NCBI GenBank assembly: GCA_020438395.1
Contig: JAGQUR010000012.1
Coordinates: 10,837 to 74,836, forward strand
Origin: Solirubrobacterales bacterium
Lineage (GTDB): Bacteria; Actinomycetota; Thermoleophilia; Solirubrobacterales; 70-9
Direction of reading: 5' to 3'
Length of the DNA: 64,000 nucleotides
Shown: positions 8,791 through 18,608 of the stretch, in pieces
How the letters are laid out: every line of letters starts with the position of its first letter
Position numbering within the stretch: position 1 is the first letter of the stretch
Notes under the pieces: generated by a model
The model's input: only the letters and a program-made list of their open reading frames with translations
What the model was told of the DNA's origin: nothing
Databases searched by the model: none
Translations under genes and position numbers: made by a program

Positions 8791-10437
8791 TCAGACCGGC
8801 ATGCGCTCTACCTTGGCGGGCAGCGCGGGAATGCGGCAACGGCGCATCTCCGCCTTCAGCCCCTCACGCATCTTCTCGACCAGTTCCCGGTCGGCCGGAT
8901 TCAGCGCCCTGCCGCTGTCACGGTCGACCAGGTTGTCGACCTGATCGGGATCGCGGGTCCGGTCGTAAAGCTCGAACTCGGGTTGGCCGCCGTGAGGATG
9001 GAGATAGATCGCGTAGGTCGCTTCCGGAGTGCGCCAGGCCCGGATCCGGTTGGCGCTCGGGTTGACATCCCGGTAGGCGGTTCCGGACTGATGGTCGTCG
9101 TAGGTGAAGAGGGTGCCTTCCTGCACCGACTCCTCTTTGCCTTCCAGAACGGGAACCAGGCTGTGGCCGCGAAGCTCCAGGCCGGTGGTATCGACTCCGG
9201 CGAAATCCGCCATGGTCGGCAGGACGTCACAGAGTGAAGCCGGGGCCGTGGTCCGGCGGGGCTCGGGAAACATCTGCGGGTTGGAGACGATCAGCGGCAC
9301 GTTGACGGTCTCCTCGTAGGCGTTGAACATTTTCTGCCTGAGGCCACCGTGGGACATGCCTAGCTCACCGTGATCGGAGGTGCGGAAGATCACCGTCTTC
9401 GAGCGCAGGGATTCCGGGTCCTCCGGGTCGCCCAGGGCATCCAGGACCCGTGAGATCTTGCTGTCGGCGAGCCGGTGGAGGTGTGCGTAGAAGCGGCAGT
9501 ACTCGAGGCGCTGCTCGCCCTCGATCGGACCGAGGAAGCCGAGCTGCCCCATCTTCAGCAGCGCGTGAGCCCGCGGCTTGTTCTTCAGGGTCTCATCGAC
9601 GCTGGGCGGAAGGCCGACCTGGTCGAGATCGGACCACTCGCTGCTTGAGTATCCGCCCTCCTCGTAGGAGGACGGGTAGCCGAGAACGTCGTGGGGGTTG
9701 ACCAGAGAGAAGATCAGGGCCCATGGCTCGTCGGGCGGGTCGGCGAGGAACTCTTCGGCCTGTCTGGTGAAGTCCTCGTCGTAGCCTTCCTTGCTCTTGC
9801 CGGAACCGTGACCGCCACCGAAATGGCTCGGCTCGATGTTCTCGCCGGCGTCCGGCGGCACCCAGCCTTCGAACCCGTACTCGTCGGCCAGACGCTCGGC
9901 ATCGGCCTGCGACCAGTCTTCACCGACCGGCTGGGTCAGATGCCACTTGCCCTTGAGGACGGTCTTGTATCCGGCCCGTTTGAGGACGCTGGGCAGGTTC
10001 TCCATGTGAGGATCGAGTTCACGCTCGTCGGTGCCGCCGTTCGGCCGGCGGATCGTCCCCTTGATGACGTTGGTGATCATCTCCAGCGGTGTCACCTCGC
10101 CCGCCCTGGCCGACTCCACGCCCTTGCGGATCGCGTGCCGGCCGTGGCTCCGGTCGACCTCGGCCCCGCCGCGGGTCAGGGTCAGGTCCACTCCGTGCTC
10201 GGCCGGCCAGCGCCCGGTGAACAGCGAGGCCCGGCTCGGCGAGCACATACAGGAGGCGACGCAGGTCTGCTCGAAGGTCACCCCGGTGCGGGCCAGTTCG
10301 GCGTCGGCCGGCATCAACTGGTCGAGCCACTCCTGGTCTTCGGGCCAATGCATCGGGTAGCGCTGCTGGTCGGTGATGATCAGCAGCAGGTTCGGCGGCT
10401 TGGCCACGGTTTCGCTCTTCTTCTCCTTCTTCGCCAT
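8791..10437 (-). CDS. Cys-type sulfatase (arylsulfatase family)
   Basis: LLIITDQQRYP and the formylglycine motif CMCSPSRASLFTGRWP (CxPxR) are present. The start is set at MAKKEKK, 10437. The ORF maximum is 10461. Confidence 0.9.
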   Translation of the reverse strand: MAKKEKKSETVAKPPNLLLIITDQQRYPMHWPEDQEWLDQLMPADAELARTGVTFEQTCVASCMCSPSRASLFTGRWPAEHGVDLTLTRGGAEVDRSHGRHAIRKGVESARAGEVTPLEMITNVIKGTIRRPNGGTDERELDPHMENLPSVLKRAGYKTVLKGKWHLTQPVGEDWSQADAERLADEYGFEGWVPPDAGENIEPSHFGGGHGSGKSKEGYDEDFTRQAEEFLADPPDEPWALIFSLVNPHDVLGYPSSYEEGGYSSSEWSDLDQVGLPPSVDETLKNKPRAHALLKMGQLGFLGPIEGEQRLEYCRFYAHLHRLADSKISRVLDALGDPEDPESLRSKTVIFRTSDHGELGMSHGGLRQKMFNAYEETVNVPLIVSNPQMFPEPRRTTAPASLCDVLPTMADFAGVDTTGLELRGHSLVPVLEGKEESVQEGTLFTYDDHQSGTAYRDVNPSANRIRAWRTPEATYAIYLHPHGGQPEFELYDRTRDPDQVDNLVDRDSGRALNPADRELVEKMREGLKAEMRRCRIPALPAKVERMPV

Positions 10438-10439
10438 GA

Positions 10440-11795
10440 TCAGAGACCCGCTTTCGGACAACCTAGTTTCTGGAATGCCGACTTGCTGGTGTACGAGCCG
10501 CGGGGGTAATAGCGACCCATTATCTTCGCGGCGTTGTACGGGGTGGTCACGTTCTGGACCGCATGCTTGAAGCCCCGGCTGGGAATCACGTTACGGGTCA
10601 GCAGGAGTTGCGAATCCTTTCGGCCGGCCCCGTCACCGTCGGGATCGAAGGCGAGCCACGCGACTCCGCATTTTCGTGTCGCGTTCTTCGGCCGGTCACC
10701 AGCCAGCGAGGCGACGATCGTGTACCGGCGTTTCTTGCCCTTGACGGGTATCTGCTGGTCAAACAGACAGCGATGGGTCTTCGTCGTGGCCAGAGACTCG
10801 ATAGAGCACATGTCCCACTCGGCCAGCTGGCCCGCCTTTGTGCGGCGGTTGCCGTGCCAGGTCTTCGGCGTCGTCGGCATGCTGCCCTTGATTACCAGGA
10901 CCTTCCCGTAGCGAAGGGAGACGGCACCGGTCATGTACCGGGCGTCATTGTTCGCGTAAAGCGTTCCCTGCTCGACCGGGTTCGCCTGCCAGGTCGCATC
11001 GAATTCGGCGTCGGTCTTGTAGCGGGCCATCGAGAGGTTCAGGTTGAAGAATTTGACGAAGCTGAAATTCGCCGGCGCGGGGTTGGTCAGCGGATCCTTG
11101 CCCGGCCAGTTGACCAGACTGTTATAGAGAGGCAGGGGCAGCGGATTCGAGACGTAATTGTGATTCGAGTTGATCGCCTGGCAGAGCGCCTTGCCCTTGA
11201 GCACTGTGCCGTCCTGGAGGACCAGCTCAGGGGTGGGAATGCCGGTCCCGCCGGCGTAGTTGCGCCCCTTGTCCGGGACGTAGACCCGGTAGAGGATGTC
11301 CTGGTACTCGTCATCGGCGGATTCCGCGTACAGCGTGTTTCGGCCGGGGTTCTGCGGCGCCGCGGTGCCGAGGACACGCACCGTCCAGGAGCGCTTCTTC
11401 GCCTTGCGGTTCTTGCCGGGAAGGCTGGTATTGACCGAACCCCTGTCGGGCCTGATCTGACGGTCCGAGATCGAACCGGTCGGAGTGCCGCCACTTGATT
11501 CGTAGGCGTTCAGGGACGAGTAGCGGGCGTGGGGATACTTGCCGTGGAGTTTCAGCACCGCTCCGGCCGGGGTTCGGAACTTGGCGCCCCAGTAGGCGAT
11601 TTCAGTTCCCGGGTAGGCGATGTTGGTGAGGTCCCTGGACGCCGTGAACGGTCCGGTCCAGAAACAGCCGGCCGTCGGCAGTCCCTTCGGGTTGTATCCG
11701 TCGGGCACCAGCGCTGCGCCGGCCTGCGCGTTCAGGGCGGCAAATGCGAAAAGGCCCAGGGCCAGGGTCACCAACGACTTCTTCACCATCATCAT
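10440..11795 (-). CDS. Secreted hypothetical protein (451 aa)
   Basis: The signal peptide MMMVKKSLVTLALGLFAFAALNAQAGA is present and no family was recognised. Its stop abuts the sulfatase start. Confidence 0.6.
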   Translation of the reverse strand: MMMVKKSLVTLALGLFAFAALNAQAGAALVPDGYNPKGLPTAGCFWTGPFTASRDLTNIAYPGTEIAYWGAKFRTPAGAVLKLHGKYPHARYSSLNAYESSGGTPTGSISDRQIRPDRGSVNTSLPGKNRKAKKRSWTVRVLGTAAPQNPGRNTLYAESADDEYQDILYRVYVPDKGRNYAGGTGIPTPELVLQDGTVLKGKALCQAINSNHNYVSNPLPLPLYNSLVNWPGKDPLTNPAPANFSFVKFFNLNLSMARYKTDAEFDATWQANPVEQGTLYANNDARYMTGAVSLRYGKVLVIKGSMPTTPKTWHGNRRTKAGQLAEWDMCSIESLATTKTHRCLFDQQIPVKGKKRRYTIVASLAGDRPKNATRKCGVAWLAFDPDGDGAGRKDSQLLLTRNVIPSRGFKHAVQNVTTPYNAAKIMGRYYPRGSYTSKSAFQKLGCPKAGL

Positions 11796-11893
11796 GCTTC
11801 CTCTCCTGCCCCTCTTCTGGCCGCGGACTCGCAGCCGGTCAGCTCGGGATCCTCGGGATCAGTTTACTGACGCGCGTCAAGTTTGTGGCCCAT

Positions 11894-13099
11894 CTACCGA
11901 TTGTCGTTTGCTTTCTTCCCCGCTCCGTACCGGGCCAGCAGCCTCCGGTACTCCCCGAAGGCCGGCTTCGGGCTGTAGTCATCGCGGAGCAGTCCGAAAT
12001 ATGACTGGTAATCCTCCCCGGCGCTGTTGTTGTCCCGCAGTCCGAACCAGCGGAAATCGGTGATGCCGTAAGTCCCGCGATAGAGATGGGCCGTGGTCAC
12101 GAACTGGCGCAGGATCTCCTTCTGCTCGGCCTCCGTCCGGCCGGGCCCGGTCGGCCATCCGGTCTCCTCAATCTTCAGCGGAAAGCGGGAGCCGAATCCG
12201 GCTTTCGGCATGTAGCACTCCCGCATCTGGGCGAGAGCTTCGAGGAAGGCGTCGCCGTAATCGCTGATCGCCGCCCGAGGCGGGAGATACGTGCCGGGGT
12301 AAAGGTCGAGCCCGATCCAGTCGGTCGCCCGCCTCAGGCTCTTTCCGCCGATCCGGGTCAGGTCATCCCAGAAATCGGCATCGGCCTGTGCGCCGAATCG
12401 CCAGGCGAAATTGAAGCCGATCTTCAACCGGCCGTAGCCGAGCCGGTTCGAGTACCTCTGCGCGGTCTTGACTCCGCTGACCAGGGCCCGGCGGGCGTGT
12501 TTCCACGCCCCGTCGGAAGTATTCGGAGAGATGGCCAGATTGACCTCGTTGGTGATCTGCAGGGACTTCACCGCGCGGATCGGACCGAAGGCGCGGACCA
12601 CGTTCCTGACGTACTGAAGCCAGGCCTTGATGTCTCCGTCCTGCTTCGGTTTCGGGTGGTACCGGACCTGGAGTTCAACCCCGAACCCGAGGCGTCCGTA
12701 GTGCCGGGCCATCTTCTGGAACCTGCGGATCCCCGACCAGCCGTCGGACATGAAGAGCCTGTTCAGCCGGACCGAGAAGTCGCGGCTTCCGGCCAGCTTC
12801 CTCAGCGCCTGGTCGCGCTTCCTCCAGTTCTCCGGAACCAGCGGAGTGGCCTGCCCCGTCCCGATCTCCCCGGCAAGCCGCGGGCCGATCCCGAAGTGGA
12901 TCCGGGAGCCGGGCTCGGGAAGGTCGTCCGCGTAGCTCTGCTGGCAGAGAGGATCCGGAAACTCGGGGGCAGGGGTCTCGGACGGCGGGACCTTTCCGCC
13001 GACGTCCCACGGGATGGCATAGGCGGCCCCGGCGCAGGTCAGCAGCACCGCAGTAGCGCTGAGAAAAACCACTCCCGTCCTGGCAATTCTCCGGATCAT
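11894..13099 (-). CDS. Secreted TIM-barrel glycoside hydrolase (GH17-like)
   Basis: The signal/TM segment MIRRIARTGVVFLSATAVLLTCAGAAYA is present. LQITNEVN (acid/base) and KIEETGWPTG (nucleophile) resemble GH17/clan GH-A signatures. The ORF maximum is 13183. Confidence 0.6.
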   Translation of the reverse strand: MIRRIARTGVVFLSATAVLLTCAGAAYAIPWDVGGKVPPSETPAPEFPDPLCQQSYADDLPEPGSRIHFGIGPRLAGEIGTGQATPLVPENWRKRDQALRKLAGSRDFSVRLNRLFMSDGWSGIRRFQKMARHYGRLGFGVELQVRYHPKPKQDGDIKAWLQYVRNVVRAFGPIRAVKSLQITNEVNLAISPNTSDGAWKHARRALVSGVKTAQRYSNRLGYGRLKIGFNFAWRFGAQADADFWDDLTRIGGKSLRRATDWIGLDLYPGTYLPPRAAISDYGDAFLEALAQMRECYMPKAGFGSRFPLKIEETGWPTGPGRTEAEQKEILRQFVTTAHLYRGTYGITDFRWFGLRDNNSAGEDYQSYFGLLRDDYSPKPAFGEYRRLLARYGAGKKANDNR

Positions 13100-13210
13100 C
13101 ACCCCTTCAACACCGACGGCGGCCCCAAGCTCCGGCCCCGACAGAACCGGTTCCGTTACGCCGTCAACATAGTCACCGCTCAAGCGACAAAGTGACGACC
13201 AGCGAGCCTG

Positions 13211-13224
13211 CGAACATGGGTTCG
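13211..13224 (+). promoter_or_regulatory. LexA (SOS) box CGAACATGGGTTCG
   Basis: A perfect match to the Gram-positive/actinobacterial Cheo-box core CGAAC-N4-GTTCG. It ends on the first base of the dinB GTG start. Confidence 0.7.
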
Positions 13225-14429
13225 TGCCTGTCGCCTCGATCCTCCACGCCGACCTCGACGCGTTCTACGCCTCGGTGGAGCAACGAGATGATCCCTCCCT
13301 GAGCGGCAGGCCGGTGATTGTCGGCACTGGCGTGGTGCTGGCCGCCAGTTACGAAGCAAAGGCCCGGGGCATCTACACGACCATGAACGGCCGCGACGCA
13401 CATCGGATCTGCCCCGAGGCGGTCGTCGTTGCGCCCCGGATGGACGCCTATTCGAAGGCGAGCAAGGCGGTCTACGAAATATTCAATGACACGGCACCCG
13501 TGGTCGAGGGCATCTCGATCGACGAGGCCTTCCTCGATGTGACCGGGATGGAGCACATCGCCGGCACACCAGTCGAAATTGCAGCCGCGCTGAGGCAACG
13601 AGTGCTGGCGGAAGCCGGGCTGCCGATTTCAGTTGGCGTGGCCCGGACCAAGTTCCTCGCCAAGGTGGCAAGCGGCGCCTCCAAGCCGGACGGCCTGCTT
13701 GTGGTGGAGCCCGACCGCGAGCGGGCCTTCCTCCACCCTCTGCCGATCCAGGCTCTCTGGGGCGTCGGCAAGGTAACCACGGCGAGACTCAACGGGATCG
13801 GGATCCGAACGGTCGGGGAGGTTGCGCGAACCAGCCAGGTCAGACTGGCCGCCGAAGTCGGCGAATCGTCGGCCCGGCATCTGCTCGACCTGGCCAACGG
13901 CCGGGACCCGCGCCCGGTCGAACCCCGGGAGCGACGTAAGTCGATCGGAGCCCAGAGCGCATTTCCCCGGGGCTCGCGCGATCCCGCCCAGGTCGAATCC
14001 CTGGCCTCCGCCCTGGTCGACCGCACAGCCAGAAGGCTCCGCGAAGCCGGAAGGGCCTGCCGGACCGTTTCGATCGGGCTTCGTTTCGGCGACTTCTCCC
14101 GGGCGAGTCGTGCCCGCACGCTTCCTTTCCCGACCGACGAGACCGAGACCATCCTCACAGCGGTCAGGGAGCTGTTCGATGCGTCGGCCGGGGAGATCGC
14201 CGAAAAGGACCTGACGCTGATCGGGATCTCCCTCGGCAACCTCGAGGGCGCCGACACGGTGCAAATGGGCCTCCCTCTCGCCGAAGACGGACAGAATGCG
14301 AGAGCTGACAGCTCGGCCCTCGATCAGGCGGTCGATGACGTTCGCGCCAGATTCGGGGAGGACGTGATCAAGCGCGCCTCGATGATCGACGCGGACCAGG
14401 GAGTCCCGGTCCCGACGCTTCCCGACTAG
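13224..14429 (+). CDS. dinB: DNA polymerase IV (Y-family)
   Basis: ILHADLDAFYASVEQRDDPSL, GRPVIVG, SIDEAFLDVTG and the little-finger region are present. Confidence 0.9.
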   Translation: MPVASILHADLDAFYASVEQRDDPSLSGRPVIVGTGVVLAASYEAKARGIYTTMNGRDAHRICPEAVVVAPRMDAYSKASKAVYEIFNDTAPVVEGISIDEAFLDVTGMEHIAGTPVEIAAALRQRVLAEAGLPISVGVARTKFLAKVASGASKPDGLLVVEPDRERAFLHPLPIQALWGVGKVTTARLNGIGIRTVGEVARTSQVRLAAEVGESSARHLLDLANGRDPRPVEPRERRKSIGAQSAFPRGSRDPAQVESLASALVDRTARRLREAGRACRTVSIGLRFGDFSRASRARTLPFPTDETETILTAVRELFDASAGEIAEKDLTLIGISLGNLEGADTVQMGLPLAEDGQNARADSSALDQAVDDVRARFGEDVIKRASMIDADQGVPVPTLPD

Positions 14430-17400
14430 CGCCTGACCCGGATCCAGGTCCGCGCCACCCGCCGGTTGCCGGCCCGGTCGGTGGCGGTGGCGGTATAGAT
14501 GACCCGGTTACCGCGCCGTTTCCAGCGGATTCCGCAACTGAGGACGCCGGAGGTGCGGTCGCGCGGGACGCAACGGGCCCGCTGTATCCGGCGGTAGGTG
14601 GCACCCCGCCGGACTCCGCGGATCCGGACCACCGGGGCAGTCCGGTCGATGTTGATTCCGCCGACCTTCGCGGTGGCCTTGCCGCCGTCGAAGGCGACGA
14701 TGGTCTTCTTCACATGCAGCTTTTTCCCGTCCCGGGTCAGGCGCCTGGGGTACGGGCAGTCTTCGGTCAGGCCGGAACCGCGGGTGGTGCAGTGGAAGAC
14801 GATGGTGACCGGTTTCCGGTACCAGCCGAACCTGTTCCGGCCCTTGGTGGTGATCTTCGCGGTCAGGGTCGGGTCGGAGCGCTGCTTCAGGTCCGAAGAA
14901 GCCTCGAAATCGGCGTCACCCGGATACTCGGCGAGCACCTGTCGCGTGGCGCCATGAGGCACTTCGCGGTTCAGGACGGCTATCCCGTCCTCGATCGGGG
15001 CGGAACCCACCTCGCTTCCGTCGACCGAGAAGATCACCTGGCCCGTCGGCTCCGGCAATCCGCTGCCCGATGCCTCGACCCGGGCGGTAAGCGTGCCGGG
15101 CGCCAGATAGAGACCGGTATTGGAGGTGGCCCCCTTCAGCGTGACGGCCTGGGCCTTCTCGCCGACCCGGTTGTGGAAGTGGACCATCATCAGTCCCTTG
15201 CCGCCGTCCTGCTCCCAGGAATCGACGTTCCTGGTCACTGTGAGCTCCTTGCCGGGCTGGTCCTCGACCAGTGGTCCGTCACCGTTTTCGTCGGTGACCG
15301 TCAGGCCCGGCTCGTAGAGGTTTGCGGTGAGAGGATCGGTCAGGTCTCCGGATTCGGGGTCCACTCCGATCATGTCGATCGCCTGGTCGGAGAAGTAGGA
15401 ATAGGTCTCAACCCCGTAATCGATCCGCGGGTTCCCGGCGTCGACGCCGTAGCCGGCCAGAGCATCGAGTGAGACCGGCAGGACCATCACGTCGCTGTCA
15501 TAAAGGGCCGTGTCTGTGTCACCGAAGCGCCCGTTGACCAGCTGGGTGTTGACCACCCTGTGCCCGGACGGCTTCGACGGGTCGTACAGCACCGACACAT
15601 AGAGGTCGTCGTCACCGAGCCGCGAGTTGTAGACGAAGAGGTCGGGGGTGCCGTCGCGATCGACGTCGAGATCGAACTGGATCACTCCCTTGTCCGAGGG
15701 AATCGCCCACGGAGCCTGGACCGCCACCGCGAAGTAGGCACGGGCGTTCGCCGGGTTGCTGACCAGTGGTGCGTCAGAGGTGTATCCGAGCTGCTTCAGA
15801 GCGGAATACTTCTCCTCGGGCAGATTCCAGCAGGCACTGTCGAGCGGCGTCTGGCATTGCGGCAGATTCCAACAGCCACTCTCGGCCGACCCCTGGCATT
15901 CCGGATTGTCGCCACCGGTCGCCTGAAGTTCGAAGCCGGCCGCTATCGACTCGATGTCGTTGTCCGGATCGCCGTCGCCCTTGCCGTTGTCACCGCTCGA
16001 AGTTCCGACTCCGGTTCCGGAGAGCGTCAGACCCGCCGTCTGCTCCGGGTCCCCGGCGGTAGCAGCCGTGCGATGGATCTCCAGAGAGTCGGGCTGGCTC
16101 ATGTTTGATGCCGGCCTCGGCGAGGCGTACACCGGCACCCGCAGGGAAATGCCGGGGCTGGTCGGCTCGAGCAGAACCCGACCGAAGGCCTCGGCCAGGG
16201 TCTCACGCGGGTAGCCGGTCGAGGCGAACCGGCCCGCCGTCGGGTCGACTGCCTTGGTCAGCTCGGAGGGATCGTCGATTTCGAGGCTCACGGTCAGACT
16301 CGCTGACTCGCCCGGATCGAGGCTGACCTGCTGCGGCGCGACCGTGAAGTCGGCGCCGGGCACGTCGTGGATCGAGTCGTAGGCGACGTCGTAGGTGACG
16401 GCCGAAGCAGACCGGTTCTCCACCGTCACCTCGCGACTGAGGTTGACCGGGGCGGTTGCAGCGACCGGCCCGAAGGAGACGCTGACCGCGCCGCCTTCGG
16501 GGTCATAGGCAAGGACCTTGTTCGCCGTTGCGTCCTCCGCATCGATGCGTCCGGAGCCCACCCGCGGGGGGCCGTAGCGGTCGCTCGACGGATTGGCCGA
16601 GCCATCCACGTACAGATCGTGGCCGGCGGTATTCATGATGTCCGCCTTGACCTGAAGCGGAGACCAGTCCGGGTTCGCCTGGCGAACCAGCGCCGCCAGG
16701 CCGGCGACCATCGGGGAAGCCATCGAAGTGCCGGAAAAGGTCACCCCGTTGTCGCCGCTGCCGACCGCCGCCGAGAACACCGAGTTGCCCACCGCGGTCA
16801 CATCCGGCTTGACGTTGCCGGTGGCGTGGATTCCGCGGGAGGTGAAGGACGAAACCTTGTCGTTGTCGTCGGGAAAGGTCTGGGTAACCGAGTTGACCTC
16901 GGTCCCGTCCACGGTCACGGGTGGGGGATCAGCCGGCAGGGTTTCGAGCGCGTCGCGAATCGCGTCGGCTCCCGACTTGGCCATCAGCACACCCGGGATC
17001 ACGTCGTCCCCGTTGATCCCGGCCGAGAACGACTCGGAGTCGCTGCCGAAGATGAACCCGATCGCTCCCGCGGCGGCGAGGTTGTCCCCGCGGGTGATTG
17101 AACCGCATTCGGGAGAAGCGTCGTGCCACGCGACCAGGACCACCTTGCCGGTGAACGGGGTGCCCGCGTACGGGCTGCACGCGGTGTCATTCGACGGCGG
17201 CGCGGCAACCACGGGACCGCTCAGGTCGGGGTCGTTCTCCCAGTCGTACTTGACAGCCCTGGTGACCGCGTACTTGTCCTGATTTCCGTCGATCGTCACC
17301 TCGGCCCCGTCCTCGATCGACGCGGCATCAACGCCGCTGGCCACGCTGAGCACCCTCGAGGCATCGCCCGGCGAGCCGCTGACATCCGTGTGGTCACCGG

Positions 17401-18487
17401 CGTTGCCGGCCGCGGCGACGACGGTCACGCCCATCTGGGCGGCCGCGTTGGACGCCACCGAATCGCCATCCTGGACCGAGCCGTAATCGGAGCCGAGGGA
17501 AAGGTTGATCACGTCAACGTGGTCGCTCGGATCGCCGTCGTCGTTTGGGTCGACGGCCCGGTCAATCGCCTCGGTCACGACGTTGGTGCTGCCGTCGCAG
17601 CCGAAGACCTTGATCGCGTAGATATCTGCCTCGGGAGCCATCCCGGGGCCGATCCGCATCGCGCCGAAATCGGTCGAGTTGTCGTATGCGCCGGTGTAGG
17701 TCGTCCCGTCGCCATTCACGCCGTAGCCGGCGGCCGACCCGGCCACATGCGATCCGTGGCCGCCACAGTCGAGCGGATTCGGATCCGGGTGAGGCACCGG
17801 CTGATAGGTGTCGGAATCCGGGTCGGGGTCATAGCCGTCCCCGACCAGATCGACACCTCCGGTCACCTTGGAGTTGGGGAAGAGAAGCGGATCGGCCGGC
17901 TGGTTCTCGTCGGCCTGGGCGTTTTCGAAGGCGGTTTCCGTTCCGGGGCCGCCGAAGTCGGAATGCGTGTAATCGACCCCCGTGTCAATCACCGCGATCG
18001 TCTTGCCCTGGCCGAGGAATCCGGTCGCCTGCCAGGCAGCCGGCGCGGACTGGAAGGGAACCGCATAGGCATTTTCGGGATGCTTCGGCACGACCGGATA
18101 CACCGCAGACACGCCGGGAATGTCCTCGAGCTGGCTCATGTCGGAAGAACCGGCTTCAACGCCGAGGCCGGCGAGCACGCTGTGGGTCCGGTAGATCACG
18201 TCGGCGTCCGGCGGCAGATCCCCAATCACTTTGTTCTGCGCCCGGGCAGTCTCCGATTTCTGGTTTCGGGCAGCCGCACGGGCACGGACCAGGCCTTCAT
18301 CCCGGTTGCTTCGGAATACCCGGACGGTCGACGGTTCGTCGAGCTTCAGCAGGTAGGTCTGCGGCAGCTGATGGTCTGCGGCAACACGGGCCGCCGAAGC
18401 GCCCTGGCCGGTTGCGAGCGCAAACGCTGCCAGGACTGTGAAAGTCCCGGAGACGAGTGCTGCTGCACCCCACCTGCTGCTTTTCAT
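14426..18487 (-). CDS. Secreted S8 (subtilisin-family) serine protease with PA-like insert and basic C-terminal domains
   Basis: The catalytic triad motifs are VIDTGVDYTHSDFGG, HGSHVAGSAAG and SGTSMASPMVAGLAALV. The start is set at MKSSRWGAAALV (18487), preceded by AAGGGG. The ORF maximum is 18538. Confidence 0.9.
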   Translation of the reverse strand: MKSSRWGAAALVSGTFTVLAAFALATGQGASAARVAADHQLPQTYLLKLDEPSTVRVFRSNRDEGLVRARAAARNQKSETARAQNKVIGDLPPDADVIYRTHSVLAGLGVEAGSSDMSQLEDIPGVSAVYPVVPKHPENAYAVPFQSAPAAWQATGFLGQGKTIAVIDTGVDYTHSDFGGPGTETAFENAQADENQPADPLLFPNSKVTGGVDLVGDGYDPDPDSDTYQPVPHPDPNPLDCGGHGSHVAGSAAGYGVNGDGTTYTGAYDNSTDFGAMRIGPGMAPEADIYAIKVFGCDGSTNVVTEAIDRAVDPNDDGDPSDHVDVINLSLGSDYGSVQDGDSVASNAAAQMGVTVVAAAGNAGDHTDVSGSPGDASRVLSVASGVDAASIEDGAEVTIDGNQDKYAVTRAVKYDWENDPDLSGPVVAAPPSNDTACSPYAGTPFTGKVVLVAWHDASPECGSITRGDNLAAAGAIGFIFGSDSESFSAGINGDDVIPGVLMAKSGADAIRDALETLPADPPPVTVDGTEVNSVTQTFPDDNDKVSSFTSRGIHATGNVKPDVTAVGNSVFSAAVGSGDNGVTFSGTSMASPMVAGLAALVRQANPDWSPLQVKADIMNTAGHDLYVDGSANPSSDRYGPPRVGSGRIDAEDATANKVLAYDPEGGAVSVSFGPVAATAPVNLSREVTVENRSASAVTYDVAYDSIHDVPGADFTVAPQQVSLDPGESASLTVSLEIDDPSELTKAVDPTAGRFASTGYPRETLAEAFGRVLLEPTSPGISLRVPVYASPRPASNMSQPDSLEIHRTAATAGDPEQTAGLTLSGTGVGTSSGDNGKGDGDPDNDIESIAAGFELQATGGDNPECQGSAESGCWNLPQCQTPLDSACWNLPEEKYSALKQLGYTSDAPLVSNPANARAYFAVAVQAPWAIPSDKGVIQFDLDVDRDGTPDLFVYNSRLGDDDLYVSVLYDPSKPSGHRVVNTQLVNGRFGDTDTALYDSDVMVLPVSLDALAGYGVDAGNPRIDYGVETYSYFSDQAIDMIGVDPESGDLTDPLTANLYEPGLTVTDENGDGPLVEDQPGKELTVTRNVDSWEQDGGKGLMMVHFHNRVGEKAQAVTLKGATSNTGLYLAPGTLTARVEASGSGLPEPTGQVIFSVDGSEVGSAPIEDGIAVLNREVPHGATRQVLAEYPGDADFEASSDLKQRSDPTLTAKITTKGRNRFGWYRKPVTIVFHCTTRGSGLTEDCPYPRRLTRDGKKLHVKKTIVAFDGGKATAKVGGINIDRTAPVVRIRGVRRGATYRRIQRARCVPRDRTSGVLSCGIRWKRRGNRVIYTATATDRAGNRRVARTWIRVRR

Positions 18488-18608
18488 GCCGCCCGACCCC
18501 TTGCTTGTTGAGATGCCTCGCCGGTCCGTCTGTCCCACCCGGACCGCCGTGAGTCTAAACCCAGACCCGGGCCGAAAGTGGCGGTGACGGTCGCGTGGCT
18601 TCAGCCCC

